DNA of 48,325 nucleotides from Betaproteobacteria bacterium (GTDB taxonomy: Bacteria > Pseudomonadota > Gammaproteobacteria > Burkholderiales > SG8-39): the NCBI GenBank assembly GCA_009693335.1, contig SHXK01000004.1:1-48325 (forward strand), written 5' to 3'. The notes below the pieces were generated by a model that saw nothing but the letters and a program-made list of their open reading frames with translations, searched no databases and was not told the origin of the DNA. Of this stretch, positions 1 through 10,023 are shown piece by piece. Each line of letters begins with the position of its first letter. Within the stretch, counting starts at the first letter, position 1. The position numbers and the translations under genes are program-made.

Positions 1-2
1 CC

Positions 3-1559
3 AAATCCAATTGCCTGTCGGTCGAACCGCTGGAAACCGAGTATGGCCGCAAGCGCAAGATCAACCAGTCCGCCTGCAACAAGGACTTCTCCTGCGTCAA
101 GGGCTTTTGCCCGAGCTTCGTCACCGTCGAGGGCGGGCAACTGAAGAAAGGCAAGTCGGGCGCCAAAGCGGCGGAAAATTTTCCTCCACTTCCCAATCCT
201 GAAATTCCCGGATTGCAGACCCCTTTCGGCATCCTGGTGACCGGCATCGGCGGCACCGGCGTGATTACCATCGGTCAGATCCTCGCCATGGCCGCGCACC
301 TGGAAGGCAAGGGCGTGTCGGTGCTCGACATGTCGGGTCTGGCGCAGAAATACGGCGCCGTGATGTCGCACGTGAAAATCGCCGCGCGCCCGGAGGACTT
401 GCACGCCGCGCGCCTCGGCATGGGCGACGCCGGCCTGGTGATCGGCTGCGACCTGGTGGTCAGCGCCAGCCTGGACGCGCTCTCGCGCATGGGCGGCGAG
501 CGCAATACTCTGGCGGGTACCCGTGCGGTGATCAACGCCACCACCTCGCCGACCGCGGCCTTCGTCAAGAACCCGGACTGGCAATTGCCGGGTAGCGACC
601 TGACGCACGACATCCATGAAGCCTGCGGCGGCAAGAACGCCGATTTTTTTCCCGCCACCGAGCTCGCTACTGCGCTGATGGGCGATGCCATCGCCACCAA
701 CATGTTCATGCTCGGCTACGCCTGGCAAAAGGGCTGGGTGCCGCTCTCGGTCACGGCGCTCGAGCGCTCGATCGAGCTGAACGGCGTCGCGGTGGAGTTC
801 AACCGCCAGAGTTTCGTCTGGGGGCGGCGCGCGGCGGTGGATCTGGAGCGTGTGCGGCGCATCGCCCTACCAGCCGAGGTGATCCCACTCGAGCAGCACT
901 TGTCGCGCAACCTGGAGGAACTGGTCGAGCGGCGGGTGCAATTCCTCAGCGCATATCAGGATGCAGCGTACGCGAAGAAATACAGAAATTTGGTGCGCCA
1001 CGTGACCACGATAGAAAAAGACAAGATCGGATCATCCAAGCTGGCCGAGGTGGTCGCGCGTTATTACGCCAAACTGCTCGCTTACAAAGACGAATACGAA
1101 GTGGCGCGCCTGTACACCGATGGCGCCTTCCGCAACAAGATCGCGTCGATGTTTGAAGGCGACTACAAGCTCGTGTACCACCTCGCGCCGCCGCTGCTCG
1201 CCAGAGCTGATGCGCGCACCGGCGAACCCGGCAAGATGCAGTTTGGTGGCTGGATGCTGGGCGTGTTCAAGATTCTTGCCCGCTTGAAAGGTCTCAGAGG
1301 AACCGCTTTCGATATTTTCGGGCGCAGCGAAGAGCGGCGCATGGAGCGCGCGCTGATCGTGGAGTACGAACAGACCGTGACTACCCTGCTCGACGGTCTG
1401 ACACAGGACAAGCATGCGCTCGCGCTCGAGATCGCTTCGCTGCCGGAGACCATCCGCGGTTACGGCCACCTCAAGGCAAAAAGCGCCGCTGCCGCGCGCG
1501 CCAAGGGCGAGCAACTCCTCACACACTACCGCAGCCCCCCGATCCGCGCCGCCGCTTGA
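3..1559 (+). CDS. Indolepyruvate:ferredoxin oxidoreductase family protein (fused alpha/beta type), 5'-truncated by window edge
   Basis: Frame is open from nt 3 (KSNCLSVEPLETEYGRKRKINQSACNKDFSCVKGFCPSFVTVEG, ferredoxin-like Cys cluster) and in frame with ORF 213..1559, which has GIGGTGVIT, DMSGLAQKYGAV, LLAYKDEYEVARLY and IRGYGHLK. Confidence 0.92.
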   Translation, partial: KSNCLSVEPLETEYGRKRKINQSACNKDFSCVKGFCPSFVTVEGGQLKKGKSGAKAAENFPPLPNPEIPGLQTPFGILVTGIGGTGVITIGQILAMAAHLEGKGVSVLDMSGLAQKYGAVMSHVKIAARPEDLHAARLGMGDAGLVIGCDLVVSASLDALSRMGGERNTLAGTRAVINATTSPTAAFVKNPDWQLPGSDLTHDIHEACGGKNADFFPATELATALMGDAIATNMFMLGYAWQKGWVPLSVTALERSIELNGVAVEFNRQSFVWGRRAAVDLERVRRIALPAEVIPLEQHLSRNLEELVERRVQFLSAYQDAAYAKKYRNLVRHVTTIEKDKIGSSKLAEVVARYYAKLLAYKDEYEVARLYTDGAFRNKIASMFEGDYKLVYHLAPPLLARADARTGEPGKMQFGGWMLGVFKILARLKGLRGTAFDIFGRSEERRMERALIVEYEQTVTTLLDGLTQDKHALALEIASLPETIRGYGHLKAKSAAAARAKGEQLLTHYRSPPIRAAA

Positions 1560-2098
1560 GGTCCCTGACCTTTCTTGCGGTGCTGGTGTTTGCCGCCACG
1601 TCGCAGGCCCAGACCGGGGAAAGCCGCAGCCTCGAGCTGGAAGGTGGCAAGCGCTTGAGCTACACGCTGCACAGCCATCCGGCCGATGCGCACACGGCGC
1701 CCCCGGTCGGCGAGCTGGCGCCTACCAGTGCGCTCAATGCCGCCAAGCTGCTCAACCTGCACCTATCGGCGGGCGATATCGAGGCAGCGGCGCTGTTGTC
1801 GAATGCGCCGCGCCGTCGTTTCGACGTGTTGCGCGACTACCGCGCGGCGGTGGGCGAAGAAGAGTTCAAGCAGGTCTTCGCGCGCTATTTCTACCCTGAG
1901 AACCGGCTGCTCGCCGAGATCGCCATCGGCAAGCATCGTTTGCTGATCTGGGACCTGAACGAGGGCGTGAACCGCATCGCCGGCCAATACTTCGTCGAAA
2001 TCGAGGGCAAATACCTGCTCGACGATGTGCCCAACGAGGCGCGTACCAATCTGCGCTGGGTGCTGGAAGCCTACCGCGCGGGAAAAATCGCCCGCTAG
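1556..2098 (+). CDS. Hypothetical exported protein (180 aa)
   Basis: TTG start overlaps the IOR stop; signal-peptide-like N-terminus (MRSLTFLAVLVFAATSQA); high-GC coding-style codon use; no family recognised. Confidence 0.65.
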   Translation: MRSLTFLAVLVFAATSQAQTGESRSLELEGGKRLSYTLHSHPADAHTAPPVGELAPTSALNAAKLLNLHLSAGDIEAAALLSNAPRRRFDVLRDYRAAVGEEEFKQVFARYFYPENRLLAEIAIGKHRLLIWDLNEGVNRIAGQYFVEIEGKYLLDDVPNEARTNLRWVLEAYRAGKIAR

Positions 2099-2802
2099 TT
2101 CCTTGGCTCGGCCTTCAAGGCGAAGGGATTGAAATTGGTGGCGCGGTCATAGTAGTCCTCGTTCTCGGCGCGCTTCAAGAACGCCACTATCCGGTAAGTC
2201 AGCGGCGTGAAGACTACCTCCACGCCGACTTTGGTGAGGAACTGCGCCAGCATCACGGTCGGCAACTTGTCGTCCGGAATGATGCCAGCGCCGTAAAAAG
2301 CGAGCGGATAAAACAGCGCCGAGTCCACCGCCTCGCCAAAAATCGTCGAACCGATGGTGCGCGTCCAGAGCCACCTGCCGGCGGTGAGAATTTTCATCCT
2401 GGCGAGCACATAGGAATTGACGAACTCGCCGCAGAAATACGCGAACATTGAGGCGGCGGCGATGCGCCAGGCAGTGCCGAACGCGACTTCGTAGGCCGCC
2501 TGATGCTTCCAGAACGGCGCCGGCGGCAGCGCCACCACCACGCTGGCCATGAACGCAGCAAAAGCGAGGCCCGCGAATCCGGCCCAGATCACCCTGCGTG
2601 CGCGCGAGTAGCCGTAGACTTCGGTGAGTATGTCGCCGAAAACATAGGACAGCGGAAAGAACAGCACGCCCGCGCCGAAGGTCAGCGTGCCCACCAGCGG
2701 CCAGTCCACCTGGGCGATCTTGGCGGGGCCGATCAGGTTGGCGCAGATCAGGATGGTGACGAAAGCCACCATGACCAAATCGTAGTAACGGTAGGTCTTC
2801 AT
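2095..2802 (-). CDS. Queuosine precursor transporter (YhhQ/VUT family)
   Basis: Start MKTYRYYDLVMV at 2802; motifs FFPLSYVFGDILTEVYG, GEFVNSYVLA, WTRTIGSTIFGEAVDS; several TM segments. Confidence 0.9.
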   Translation of the reverse strand: MKTYRYYDLVMVAFVTILICANLIGPAKIAQVDWPLVGTLTFGAGVLFFPLSYVFGDILTEVYGYSRARRVIWAGFAGLAFAAFMASVVVALPPAPFWKHQAAYEVAFGTAWRIAAASMFAYFCGEFVNSYVLARMKILTAGRWLWTRTIGSTIFGEAVDSALFYPLAFYGAGIIPDDKLPTVMLAQFLTKVGVEVVFTPLTYRIVAFLKRAENEDYYDRATNFNPFALKAEPRN

Positions 2803-2833
2803 GGCAGGGTGAGGCTCATGGCATGGTGAAACT

Positions 2834-3367
2834 TCACGGCAGCGGGGGGCTGTAGTCTCGCACGTCGTCGTCGAGATCCACGCGCATGGCCTCGAGCAGG
2901 CGCGACACCATCGCGTAAAAACCTGCGGTGAGCGAGAGCTCGACGAACTCGGCGTCACTGAAATGCCGCTTGACTTCGGCGTGCACCGCATCGCTGACGT
3001 CGCAGACCATGACCGCTTCGGTCAAGGCGAGCGCCGCGCGCTCCTGTGCATCGAATTCTCCAGAAGCCCGCCAGTCTGCCAGCGCCGCGATCTTGCTCTC
3101 GCTCACGCCGGACTTGCGCGCCATGCGCAGGTGGTGCGCCCATTCGTATTCCGAATGTGCCATCTGGGCGGTGCGCAGGATCATGAGTTCACGCAGCGCG
3201 CGCGGCGTGCGGCTATGGTGCCGGATCGCGTTCGCGAACTCGGTCCAGGCTGCGGTCAGCGCCGGGTTGTTGCCGAGCGCGCGGTAGAGATTGACCGGCT
3301 GGCCCCAGAGTTCCTCCAGGCGTTTTTGCAGAACGGGTTCGAACTGGACCGAGGGCAGGCGTTGCAT
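2834..3367 (-). CDS. Carboxymuconolactone decarboxylase/AhpD-like family protein
   Basis: Start MQRLPSV at 3367; LRELMILRTA...EYEWAHH, ERAALALTEA and FSDAEFVEL are CMD-family patterns; no CxxC. Confidence 0.8.
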   Translation of the reverse strand: MQRLPSVQFEPVLQKRLEELWGQPVNLYRALGNNPALTAAWTEFANAIRHHSRTPRALRELMILRTAQMAHSEYEWAHHLRMARKSGVSESKIAALADWRASGEFDAQERAALALTEAVMVCDVSDAVHAEVKRHFSDAEFVELSLTAGFYAMVSRLLEAMRVDLDDDVRDYSPPLP

Positions 3368-3408
3368 GGCGTCAGTATGCCCGAAGAGCAGGGGCTGCAA
3401 CGGGCCCT

Positions 3409-4587
3409 CTAAAGTCTGCCGTTGACCTCGATGCCCCGGTACAGCCAGTCCACTTCCCAGGGCAGGTCCGGATCGCGCCCGCGCGCGAGCTCGTTGCGCA
3501 ACTCGCGCGCGCCACCGTCGAGGTGTATGTACTCGCCGAAAAAGCGCGATGACAGCACCACGCGCGCGCTACGGTTCATGCGCTCGCGCTGGTAGGCCAG
3601 GAAAGCGCGCGGGTAGTCCTCGCCCGCCGCAGCCACTTTCTCGGCCAGCACCACAGCGTCCTCGATCGCCATCTGCGCACCCTGCGCCAGGTACTGCAGC
3701 GTCGGATGCGCGGCATCGCCCAGCAGGGTGACGCGGCCGTCGGTCCAGTTGGTCACCGGCTCGCGATCATGCAGCACCCAGTTACGCTCACGCGAGATGT
3801 AGCGCAGGCTGTCGCGCACCCCGGGATGCATACGCGCGAAGAGCTCCTCCAGCTCATCGGGCGCGCCCGCATCCGGCTCGCCGCGGCGCCAGCGCCGGCT
3901 GGCGATGGTGGCGACGTTGTTCATCACCGCCCCGCTCTGCAGGCGGTACTGCACCAGGTGTAAGTCCGGCCCACCCCAGATGGTCATGCAATTGACCCGG
4001 CGCCGGTCGACAATCTGCGCATCCGGCACCACGCCGCGATAGACGTAATGCCCCGCCATGCGCGGCGCACCGTCGCCGATCACGGCCTGGCGCGTCGGCG
4101 AGCGCAGACCCTCGGCACCGATCAGCGCGCAAGCTTCATGGACCGCGCCGTTTTCGCACGTGATCGTCACCTGCTCATCCTGTTGTGTGAATTTTTTTAT
4201 TTCAGTGGAAGACTCAAGCACAATTTCTTGCCGTTGCCGGCAGGCCGCCAGCAAGCCGCCATGCAGGTCGCGGCGGTGGATCACGAAATAGGGAAATTGG
4301 TAGCGCGCGCGGAACGCGGCGCCCAGAGAAATGCGGCTGATCTCCTCGTTGGTGAGGGCATCGGCGAAAATCAGTGCTTCCGGGAACACCGCTGCCGGCT
4401 CGAGCGCCTTCAGCACCCCCAGGCGATCCAGCATGCGGCAGACATTGGGCCCCATCTGGATGCCGTAGCCGATTTCGCCGAACTCGGCCGCTTTCTCCAG
4501 CACGCGTACCTTGCGGCCTTTTTGCGCCAGCGCCAGCGCCGCGGCCAAGCCGCCGATGCCGCCGCCGGCAATGAGGATTTCCTTCAT
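3409..4587 (-). CDS. Group A FAD-dependent monooxygenase, 3-hydroxybenzoate 6-hydroxylase-like
   Basis: Start MKEILIAGGGIGG (GxGxxG) at 4587; EIGYGIQMGPN, IHRRDLH, GAEG (DG-like) motif, LHLVQY, LLGDAAHPTLQYLAQGA. Confidence 0.85.
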   Translation of the reverse strand: MKEILIAGGGIGGLAAALALAQKGRKVRVLEKAAEFGEIGYGIQMGPNVCRMLDRLGVLKALEPAAVFPEALIFADALTNEEISRISLGAAFRARYQFPYFVIHRRDLHGGLLAACRQRQEIVLESSTEIKKFTQQDEQVTITCENGAVHEACALIGAEGLRSPTRQAVIGDGAPRMAGHYVYRGVVPDAQIVDRRRVNCMTIWGGPDLHLVQYRLQSGAVMNNVATIASRRWRRGEPDAGAPDELEELFARMHPGVRDSLRYISRERNWVLHDREPVTNWTDGRVTLLGDAAHPTLQYLAQGAQMAIEDAVVLAEKVAAAGEDYPRAFLAYQRERMNRSARVVLSSRFFGEYIHLDGGARELRNELARGRDPDLPWEVDWLYRGIEVNGRL

Positions 4588-4615
4588 GATTGGTGTAGAC
4601 CCGACATGTGGCGAC

Positions 4616-5581
4616 TCAATTCGCGGTGATGCCGCGTGTCTTGATGAGCTTGGCGAAGCGTTGCGCCTCGCTGGCGATAAATTTGCCGGCTTCCTCGGGC
4701 GTGGTGATAAAGGCCTCGAAGGCCTGCGCCTGAAACTTGTCCCGCAGCTCTTTTGAATTGAGCACGTTCCTGAGAGCGGCATTCAGCCGGCTCACCACCA
4801 CCGGCGAGGCGCCGGCCGGCGCGAGCAGCGCCAGCCACTGCGTGAACTGAAAATCCTTCACGCCGGCTTCCTGCAAGGTCGGCACATCGGGCAGCTGCGC
4901 GGAACGCGCCGTGCCGGTGACCGCCAGCGCGCGCAGGGCGCCCGTCTTCACGTGCGGCAGTGCTGCCGAGAGCGTGGGAAAACTCATGTCCACCTGCCCG
5001 GCGAGCGTGTCCAGGAGCGCCGGACCGCCGCCTCGATAGGGCACATGCAGGATGAAAGTGCGGGTGGAGTCCTTGAACATTTCCCCACACAGGTGGAAGG
5101 TCGTGCCCACGCCCGCCGAAGCGTAGCTGAGCTTGCCGGGATTGGCGTGCGCCAGCTGCACCAAGTCTGCGACCTTGCCAGCCGGCACCTTGCTGTGAAC
5201 CACCAGCACGTGGGGCGAGGTGGCGACCATACCCAGTGGCGTGAAATCCCGGATCGGGTCCCAACTGAGCTTCTCGAACAGGCTCTGGTTGGTCACCAGC
5301 GGGATGGTATTCAGGACCACCGTGTAGCCGTCGGGCGCCGCGCGAGCCGCGGCCTCCATGCCGATGTTGCCGGAGGCGCCGGAACGGTTGTCAATGATCA
5401 CCCGGACGCCCAGCTCGGCGGCCAGCGGTTCAGCCATCAGCCGCGCGGTGATGTCCACGCTGCCGCCCGGAGGAAAGGGCGCGATCAGCCTGATGGTCTG
5501 GCTGGGATAGGTCTGCGCCGCAAGCGGCTGCGCGAAGGCCAGCGCCAGCGCAGCGCATAGGTATTGCAGAATCGTCAACAT
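4616..5581 (-). CDS. Tripartite tricarboxylate transporter substrate-binding protein (Bug/TctC)
   Basis: Signal peptide then YPSQTIRLIAPFPPGGSVD, NRSGASGNIG, APDGYT, HVPYRGGGPA; start 5581. Confidence 0.92.
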   Translation of the reverse strand: MLTILQYLCAALALAFAQPLAAQTYPSQTIRLIAPFPPGGSVDITARLMAEPLAAELGVRVIIDNRSGASGNIGMEAAARAAPDGYTVVLNTIPLVTNQSLFEKLSWDPIRDFTPLGMVATSPHVLVVHSKVPAGKVADLVQLAHANPGKLSYASAGVGTTFHLCGEMFKDSTRTFILHVPYRGGGPALLDTLAGQVDMSFPTLSAALPHVKTGALRALAVTGTARSAQLPDVPTLQEAGVKDFQFTQWLALLAPAGASPVVVSRLNAALRNVLNSKELRDKFQAQAFEAFITTPEEAGKFIASEAQRFAKLIKTRGITAN

Positions 5582-5675
5582 GCTTCTGTCTCCCGGGGTC
5601 TTTCTGTAAGTTTGGCTATGATAACGGTGAGCGGCGTCAAAGATCGACTGAACTTGGCGATGCAAGGAGTCTGCG

Positions 5676-6767
5676 ATGACTGATCTCTGGGACAACCCCG
5701 CCGGCACTGATGGCTTTGAGTTCATCGAGTACGCCGCGCCCGATCCGGCAGCGATGGCGGCGGTGTTCGTGCGCATGGGCTTCAGACCCATCGCCAGACA
5801 CCGACATAAGAACGTCACGCTTTACCGGCAAGGGGAGATCAATTTCATCCTCAACGCGACGCCGGACTCCTTCGCGCAGCGCTTCGGGCGACTGCACGGA
5901 CCGAGCGTGTGCGCCATCGCTTTCCGTGTGGACGACGCGAAAGCCGCGTATGAGCGCGCCGTCTCGCTGGGCGCTTGGGGCTACGCCGACCATGCCGGCC
6001 CCGGCGAGCTGAACATTCCGGCGCTCAAGGGCGTGGGCGACTCGCTGATCTACCTGGTGGACCGCTGGCGCGGCAAAAATGGCGCGGCGGACGGCGCGAT
6101 CGGCAACATCGGCTTCTTCGACGTGGACTTCGAGCCTCTGCCGGGTGCCATGCTCGATCCGCTGGGTCATGGCCTCACCCACATCGACCATCTCACGCAC
6201 AACGTGCACCGGGGTCGGGTGACAGAATGGGCGGATTTCTATCAACGCTTGTTCAATTTCAGGGAAATCCGCTACTTCGATATCGAAGGCCAGAGCACCG
6301 GTGTCAAGAGCAAGGCCCTGACCAGCCCCTGCGGCAAGATCCGCATCCCGATCAACGAAGAAGGCAAGGAAAAAGCCGGCCAAATCACCGAGTACCTCGA
6401 GCGCTACCACGGCGAGGGCATCCAGCATATCGCCTTGGCTGCGCGCGATCTGTTGCAAACTGTGGACGCACTGCGCGCGAGCGGCGTACAACTGCTCGAC
6501 ACCAGGGATACCTATTACGAGTTGATCGACCAGCGCATCCCAGGCCACGGCAAGAACGTGGCCGAGCTACAGCAGCGCAAGATATTGATCGACGGCAAAG
6601 CGGGCGCGCTCCTGCTGCAGATCTTCAGCGACAACCAGCTCGGGCCGATTTTCTTCGAGTTCATACAGAGACAAGGCGACGAGGGCTTCGGCGAAGGCAA
6701 CTTCAAGGCGCTGTTCGAGTCCATCGAACTCGACCAGATCCGGCGCGGCGTTCTGAAATCAACGTAA
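5676..6767 (+). CDS. hppD: 4-hydroxyphenylpyruvate dioxygenase
   Basis: [55 protein letters not shown]; AAGGAG RBS upstream. Confidence 0.96.
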   Translation: MTDLWDNPAGTDGFEFIEYAAPDPAAMAAVFVRMGFRPIARHRHKNVTLYRQGEINFILNATPDSFAQRFGRLHGPSVCAIAFRVDDAKAAYERAVSLGAWGYADHAGPGELNIPALKGVGDSLIYLVDRWRGKNGAADGAIGNIGFFDVDFEPLPGAMLDPLGHGLTHIDHLTHNVHRGRVTEWADFYQRLFNFREIRYFDIEGQSTGVKSKALTSPCGKIRIPINEEGKEKAGQITEYLERYHGEGIQHIALAARDLLQTVDALRASGVQLLDTRDTYYELIDQRIPGHGKNVAELQQRKILIDGKAGALLLQIFSDNQLGPIFFEFIQRQGDEGFGEGNFKALFESIELDQIRRGVLKST

Positions 6768-6781
6768 TTAAAATCATGGCC

Positions 6782-8101
6782 ATGAAACTAAAATACCAGG
6801 CAGGATTCGGCAACACCTTCCAGAGCGAAGCGGTGAAGGGCGCGTTGCCCAGGGGCCAGAATTCGCCGCAACGCGCGCCGCGCGGGCTCTACGCGGAAGG
6901 CGTCTCGGGCAGCGCCTTCACTGCGCCGCGCGCAGACAACCTGAGCGCGTGGCTGTACAAGCTGCGACCCTCGGCGATGCACCGCCCTTACGCACCCCTG
7001 GATCACCGTAAAACCGCGATTCTGCTGCGCTCGGGCCCGTTCAACGAGGTCGCCACGCCGCCCAACCGGCTGCGCTGGGATCCGCTGCCAATACCCAAGC
7101 AGCCGACCGACTTCATCGACGGCCTGGTCACCATCGCGGGCGCGGGCGATCCGGCGGCGCAGGTCGGCCTGGGCGTACATGTCTACCGCGCCAACCGCTC
7201 GATGAGCGATCGCTATTTCCACAATGCCGACGGCGAGATGATGCTGGTGCCGCAGCAGGGCGGCCTGCTGATTTTCTCCGAGTTCGGAAAAATCGAAGTA
7301 ACCCCAGGGGAGATCGCAGTTCTGCCACGCGGAATCAAGTTCAAGGTCGGCTTGCTCGAGGGCCCAGTCGCCGCAGGCGCGGGTGGCGTGCGTGGCTATA
7401 TCTGCGAGAACTACGGCGCACCGTTCCGCCTGCCCGAACTTGGGCCCATCGGCTCTCAGGGCCTGGCGCAGAAGCGCGACTTCCTCGCGCCGGTAGCCGC
7501 TTTCGAGGGCCGCGACGACAAGTGCCAGGTGGTGCTGAAATTCCTCGGCAAACTGTGGGCCGCCGAATACCGCCATTCGCCTCTCGACGTGGTCGCCTGG
7601 CACGGCAACTATGTGCCCTATAAATACCCGCTGGCGCGCTTCATGGCGCTCAACACCGTGAGCTTCGACCATCCGGACCCGTCCATCTTCACAGTGCTCA
7701 CCTCGCCTTCGGGCCAGCCGGGGGTGGCGAATTGCGATTTCGTCATCTTCCCGCCGCGCTGGCAGGTCGCCGAGCATACTTTCCGCCCGCCCTGGTTCCA
7801 CCGCAACGTGATGAGTGAGTTGATGGGCCTGGTGCACGGCGTCTACGACGCCAAGGCCCAAGGCTTTCTGCCCGGCGGCATTTCGATCCACAATTGCCTG
7901 CAGGCCCACGGACCGGATCTCGCCACCTTCGACAAAGCGAGCGCGGCGGAATTAAGGCCTCACAAGATCGAGAACACGCTCGCCTTCATGTGGGAATCCA
8001 AATTCATTTTTCGCCCGACCCGCTTTGCGCTGCGCGCGCCGCAACTGCAAAAGGACTATGACGCCGTATGGCGCGGTTTCGAGAAGCGTTTCATCAGTTG
8101 A
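6782..8101 (+). CDS. hmgA: Homogentisate 1,2-dioxygenase
   Basis: [48 protein letters not shown]; the upstream part of ORF 5975..8101 is spurious overlap with hppD; alternative start at 6776. Confidence 0.96.
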   Translation: MKLKYQAGFGNTFQSEAVKGALPRGQNSPQRAPRGLYAEGVSGSAFTAPRADNLSAWLYKLRPSAMHRPYAPLDHRKTAILLRSGPFNEVATPPNRLRWDPLPIPKQPTDFIDGLVTIAGAGDPAAQVGLGVHVYRANRSMSDRYFHNADGEMMLVPQQGGLLIFSEFGKIEVTPGEIAVLPRGIKFKVGLLEGPVAAGAGGVRGYICENYGAPFRLPELGPIGSQGLAQKRDFLAPVAAFEGRDDKCQVVLKFLGKLWAAEYRHSPLDVVAWHGNYVPYKYPLARFMALNTVSFDHPDPSIFTVLTSPSGQPGVANCDFVIFPPRWQVAEHTFRPPWFHRNVMSELMGLVHGVYDAKAQGFLPGGISIHNCLQAHGPDLATFDKASAAELRPHKIENTLAFMWESKFIFRPTRFALRAPQLQKDYDAVWRGFEKRFIS

Positions 8102-9038
8102 TCTGCAGCCGTTGCCGGGCGGCGAGGTACTCGGCGGCCAACTGGTCCACCACCTGCGCCACCGGCACCACGGCGTCGATCTGCCCCACGCCCTGCCCGG
8201 CGCTCCAGATGTCGCGCCAGACTTTTTTCTCGGCGCCGCCAGCGGCGCTGAAATTCATTTTATTGGGATCGGACTTCGGCAGATCACGCGGGTCAAAACC
8301 GGCGGCTAACACGCTGTGTTTCAAGTAGTTGCCGTGCACGCCGGAGAACAAATCGGTATAGACGATGTCGGCTGCCGAAGAGCGCAGCAGCTCTTCCTTG
8401 TAGCGATCGGGAACGCTGGCCTCGGGCGTGGCGAGAAAGCGCGTGCCGATGTAGGCCAGGTCCGCCCCGGCGGCCTGCGCGGCGAGGATCGCATCGCCGC
8501 TTGAAATCGCGCCCGAGAGCACGATAGGCCCGTCGAAAAAACGCCGCACTTCGCCGATCAAAGCGAAAGGCGACAGCGTGCCGGCATGGCCGCCAGCACC
8601 CGCACACACCAGTATCAAGCCGTCCACCCCGGCGGCGAGGGCTTTTTCAGCATGCCGCACGCTGATCACGTCGTGCAGCACGATGCCGCCATAGGCATGG
8701 ATCTTCGCCACCACCTCGTCCGGCGCCCGCAAGCTGGTAATGGTGATGGGCACTTGATGCCGGACGCAAACCTCGAGGTCATGCTCCAGGCGGTCGTTGG
8801 ACTTGTGCACGATCTGGTTGACGGCATAAGGCGCGGCGTTCGGCTGGCCCGCGAGCGCGCTTTCGATTTCTGTCAGCCAACCATCGAGCGCTTCTTTGGG
8901 CCGTGCGTTCAAGGCCGGAAACGAGCCAACGATGCCGGCCTTGCATTGCTCGATCACCAGCCGCGGATTGCCGGCGATAAACATCGGCGCGCCAATGACC
9001 GGGAGGCGCAATTTCTGCAGTATCGGCGGGACCGCCAT
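8094..9038 (-). CDS. Nitronate monooxygenase / 2-nitropropane dioxygenase family flavoprotein
   Basis: [42 protein letters not shown]. Confidence 0.9.
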   Translation of the reverse strand: MAVPPILQKLRLPVIGAPMFIAGNPRLVIEQCKAGIVGSFPALNARPKEALDGWLTEIESALAGQPNAAPYAVNQIVHKSNDRLEHDLEVCVRHQVPITITSLRAPDEVVAKIHAYGGIVLHDVISVRHAEKALAAGVDGLILVCAGAGGHAGTLSPFALIGEVRRFFDGPIVLSGAISSGDAILAAQAAGADLAYIGTRFLATPEASVPDRYKEELLRSSAADIVYTDLFSGVHGNYLKHSVLAAGFDPRDLPKSDPNKMNFSAAGGAEKKVWRDIWSAGQGVGQIDAVVPVAQVVDQLAAEYLAARQRLQIN

Positions 9039-9044
9039 CGCTTT

Positions 9045-10022
9045 ATCTCCGTTTCCTGAGCTGCTGTTTGCTGTTGCTTGGCCACCTTGTCCCGGCGCGC
9101 GGCCTTGAGGTCGGCGACAGTCTGCTCCATCACCTGCACCGAGAGGGACATCGCGATCTCATCGAACGCCGCCCACCGCAAGCCTGGCGAAGTAGCGCGA
9201 TTCGATGCGCAGCGCGGTATCGAAATCCACGTACACGCCCTCCACCATCGCCGACAGAATCGCTTTGGGTGCCGGACACAGGCCGCGCGTCTTCTTGATC
9301 ACCAGGGCAGGCGCTATCGAGAGCATCTGCGAGACCTTCGGCTCAGCGGGCCCGCCGCCGGGCAGACGGTAGTTCTCCTCGTCCCAGGGCTGCTTGGGCG
9401 CCGGATTCGCAGCGATCCACTCGCGCGCCCTCTTGTAGAGGTCCACGCGGTTGGCGGCCAGGCCGTGCACCAGGCCGAGCTTGAGCGCCTCCTGCGGACG
9501 CAGGGTCTTACCTTCGACCAGATAGGGAAACGCCGCCTGCAGGCCGAGCAGGCGGACGATCTTGGTGATGCCGCCTGCCCCTGGCAGCAAGCCCAGCGTC
9601 ACTTCCGGTAGGCCGAGTTCGATCGAAGCGTCGTCCAGCACCATGCGGCAGTGCGCGCACAGCGCGATCTCCCAACCGCCGCCCAGCGCGGCGCTTTCCA
9701 GCGCCGCGACCACCGGGATGCCGAGCTGCTCGAGCGTGCGCATCGGCTTCTTCACCGCTTCGACCCAGCGGAAGATCGCGGGCCCCTGGTGCGGGCCGAA
9801 CTTGAGCAGGTCCTTCAGTTCTGCGCCGACAAAGAAGGTTTTCTTCGCCGAGGCGAGGATCACCCCTTTGATCGAGGCTTGCTCGCGTGCCAGGCGCTCC
9901 ACCGCCGCGCTGAATGCCGCCTGCCAGACCTCGCTGGCGTTGGCCAGGACGCCCGGGGCATCGAAGGTGACGGTGACGACGTTTTCGGCATCCTTCTCAA
10001 AGCGGATCGGCGAAACCGCCAT
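9045..10022 (-). pseudogene. Truncated FadB/FadJ-type multifunctional beta-oxidation protein: hydratase domain open (9159..10022), dehydrogenase domain mostly deleted
   Basis: Crotonase motifs ALGGGWEIAL and LGLPEVTLGLLPGAGG; ORF stops right after ESRYFARLAVG; an out-of-frame fragment FDEIAMSLSVQVMEQTVADLK (9104..9166) resembles the C-terminal part of the dehydrogenase domain. Confidence 0.8.
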
Positions 10023-10023
10023 T

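Noticed and set aside
2800-2833. Imperfect 17-bp repeat and possible preQ1 riboswitch before the queuosine transporter
   Set aside because: No preQ1 consensus or A-rich tail; the repeat is short and degenerate
5975-6781. 708-aa ORF suggesting an N-terminally extended HmgA
   Set aside because: The extension is an alternative frame of hppD with Arg/Pro-rich noise; HmgA homology starts at 6776/6782
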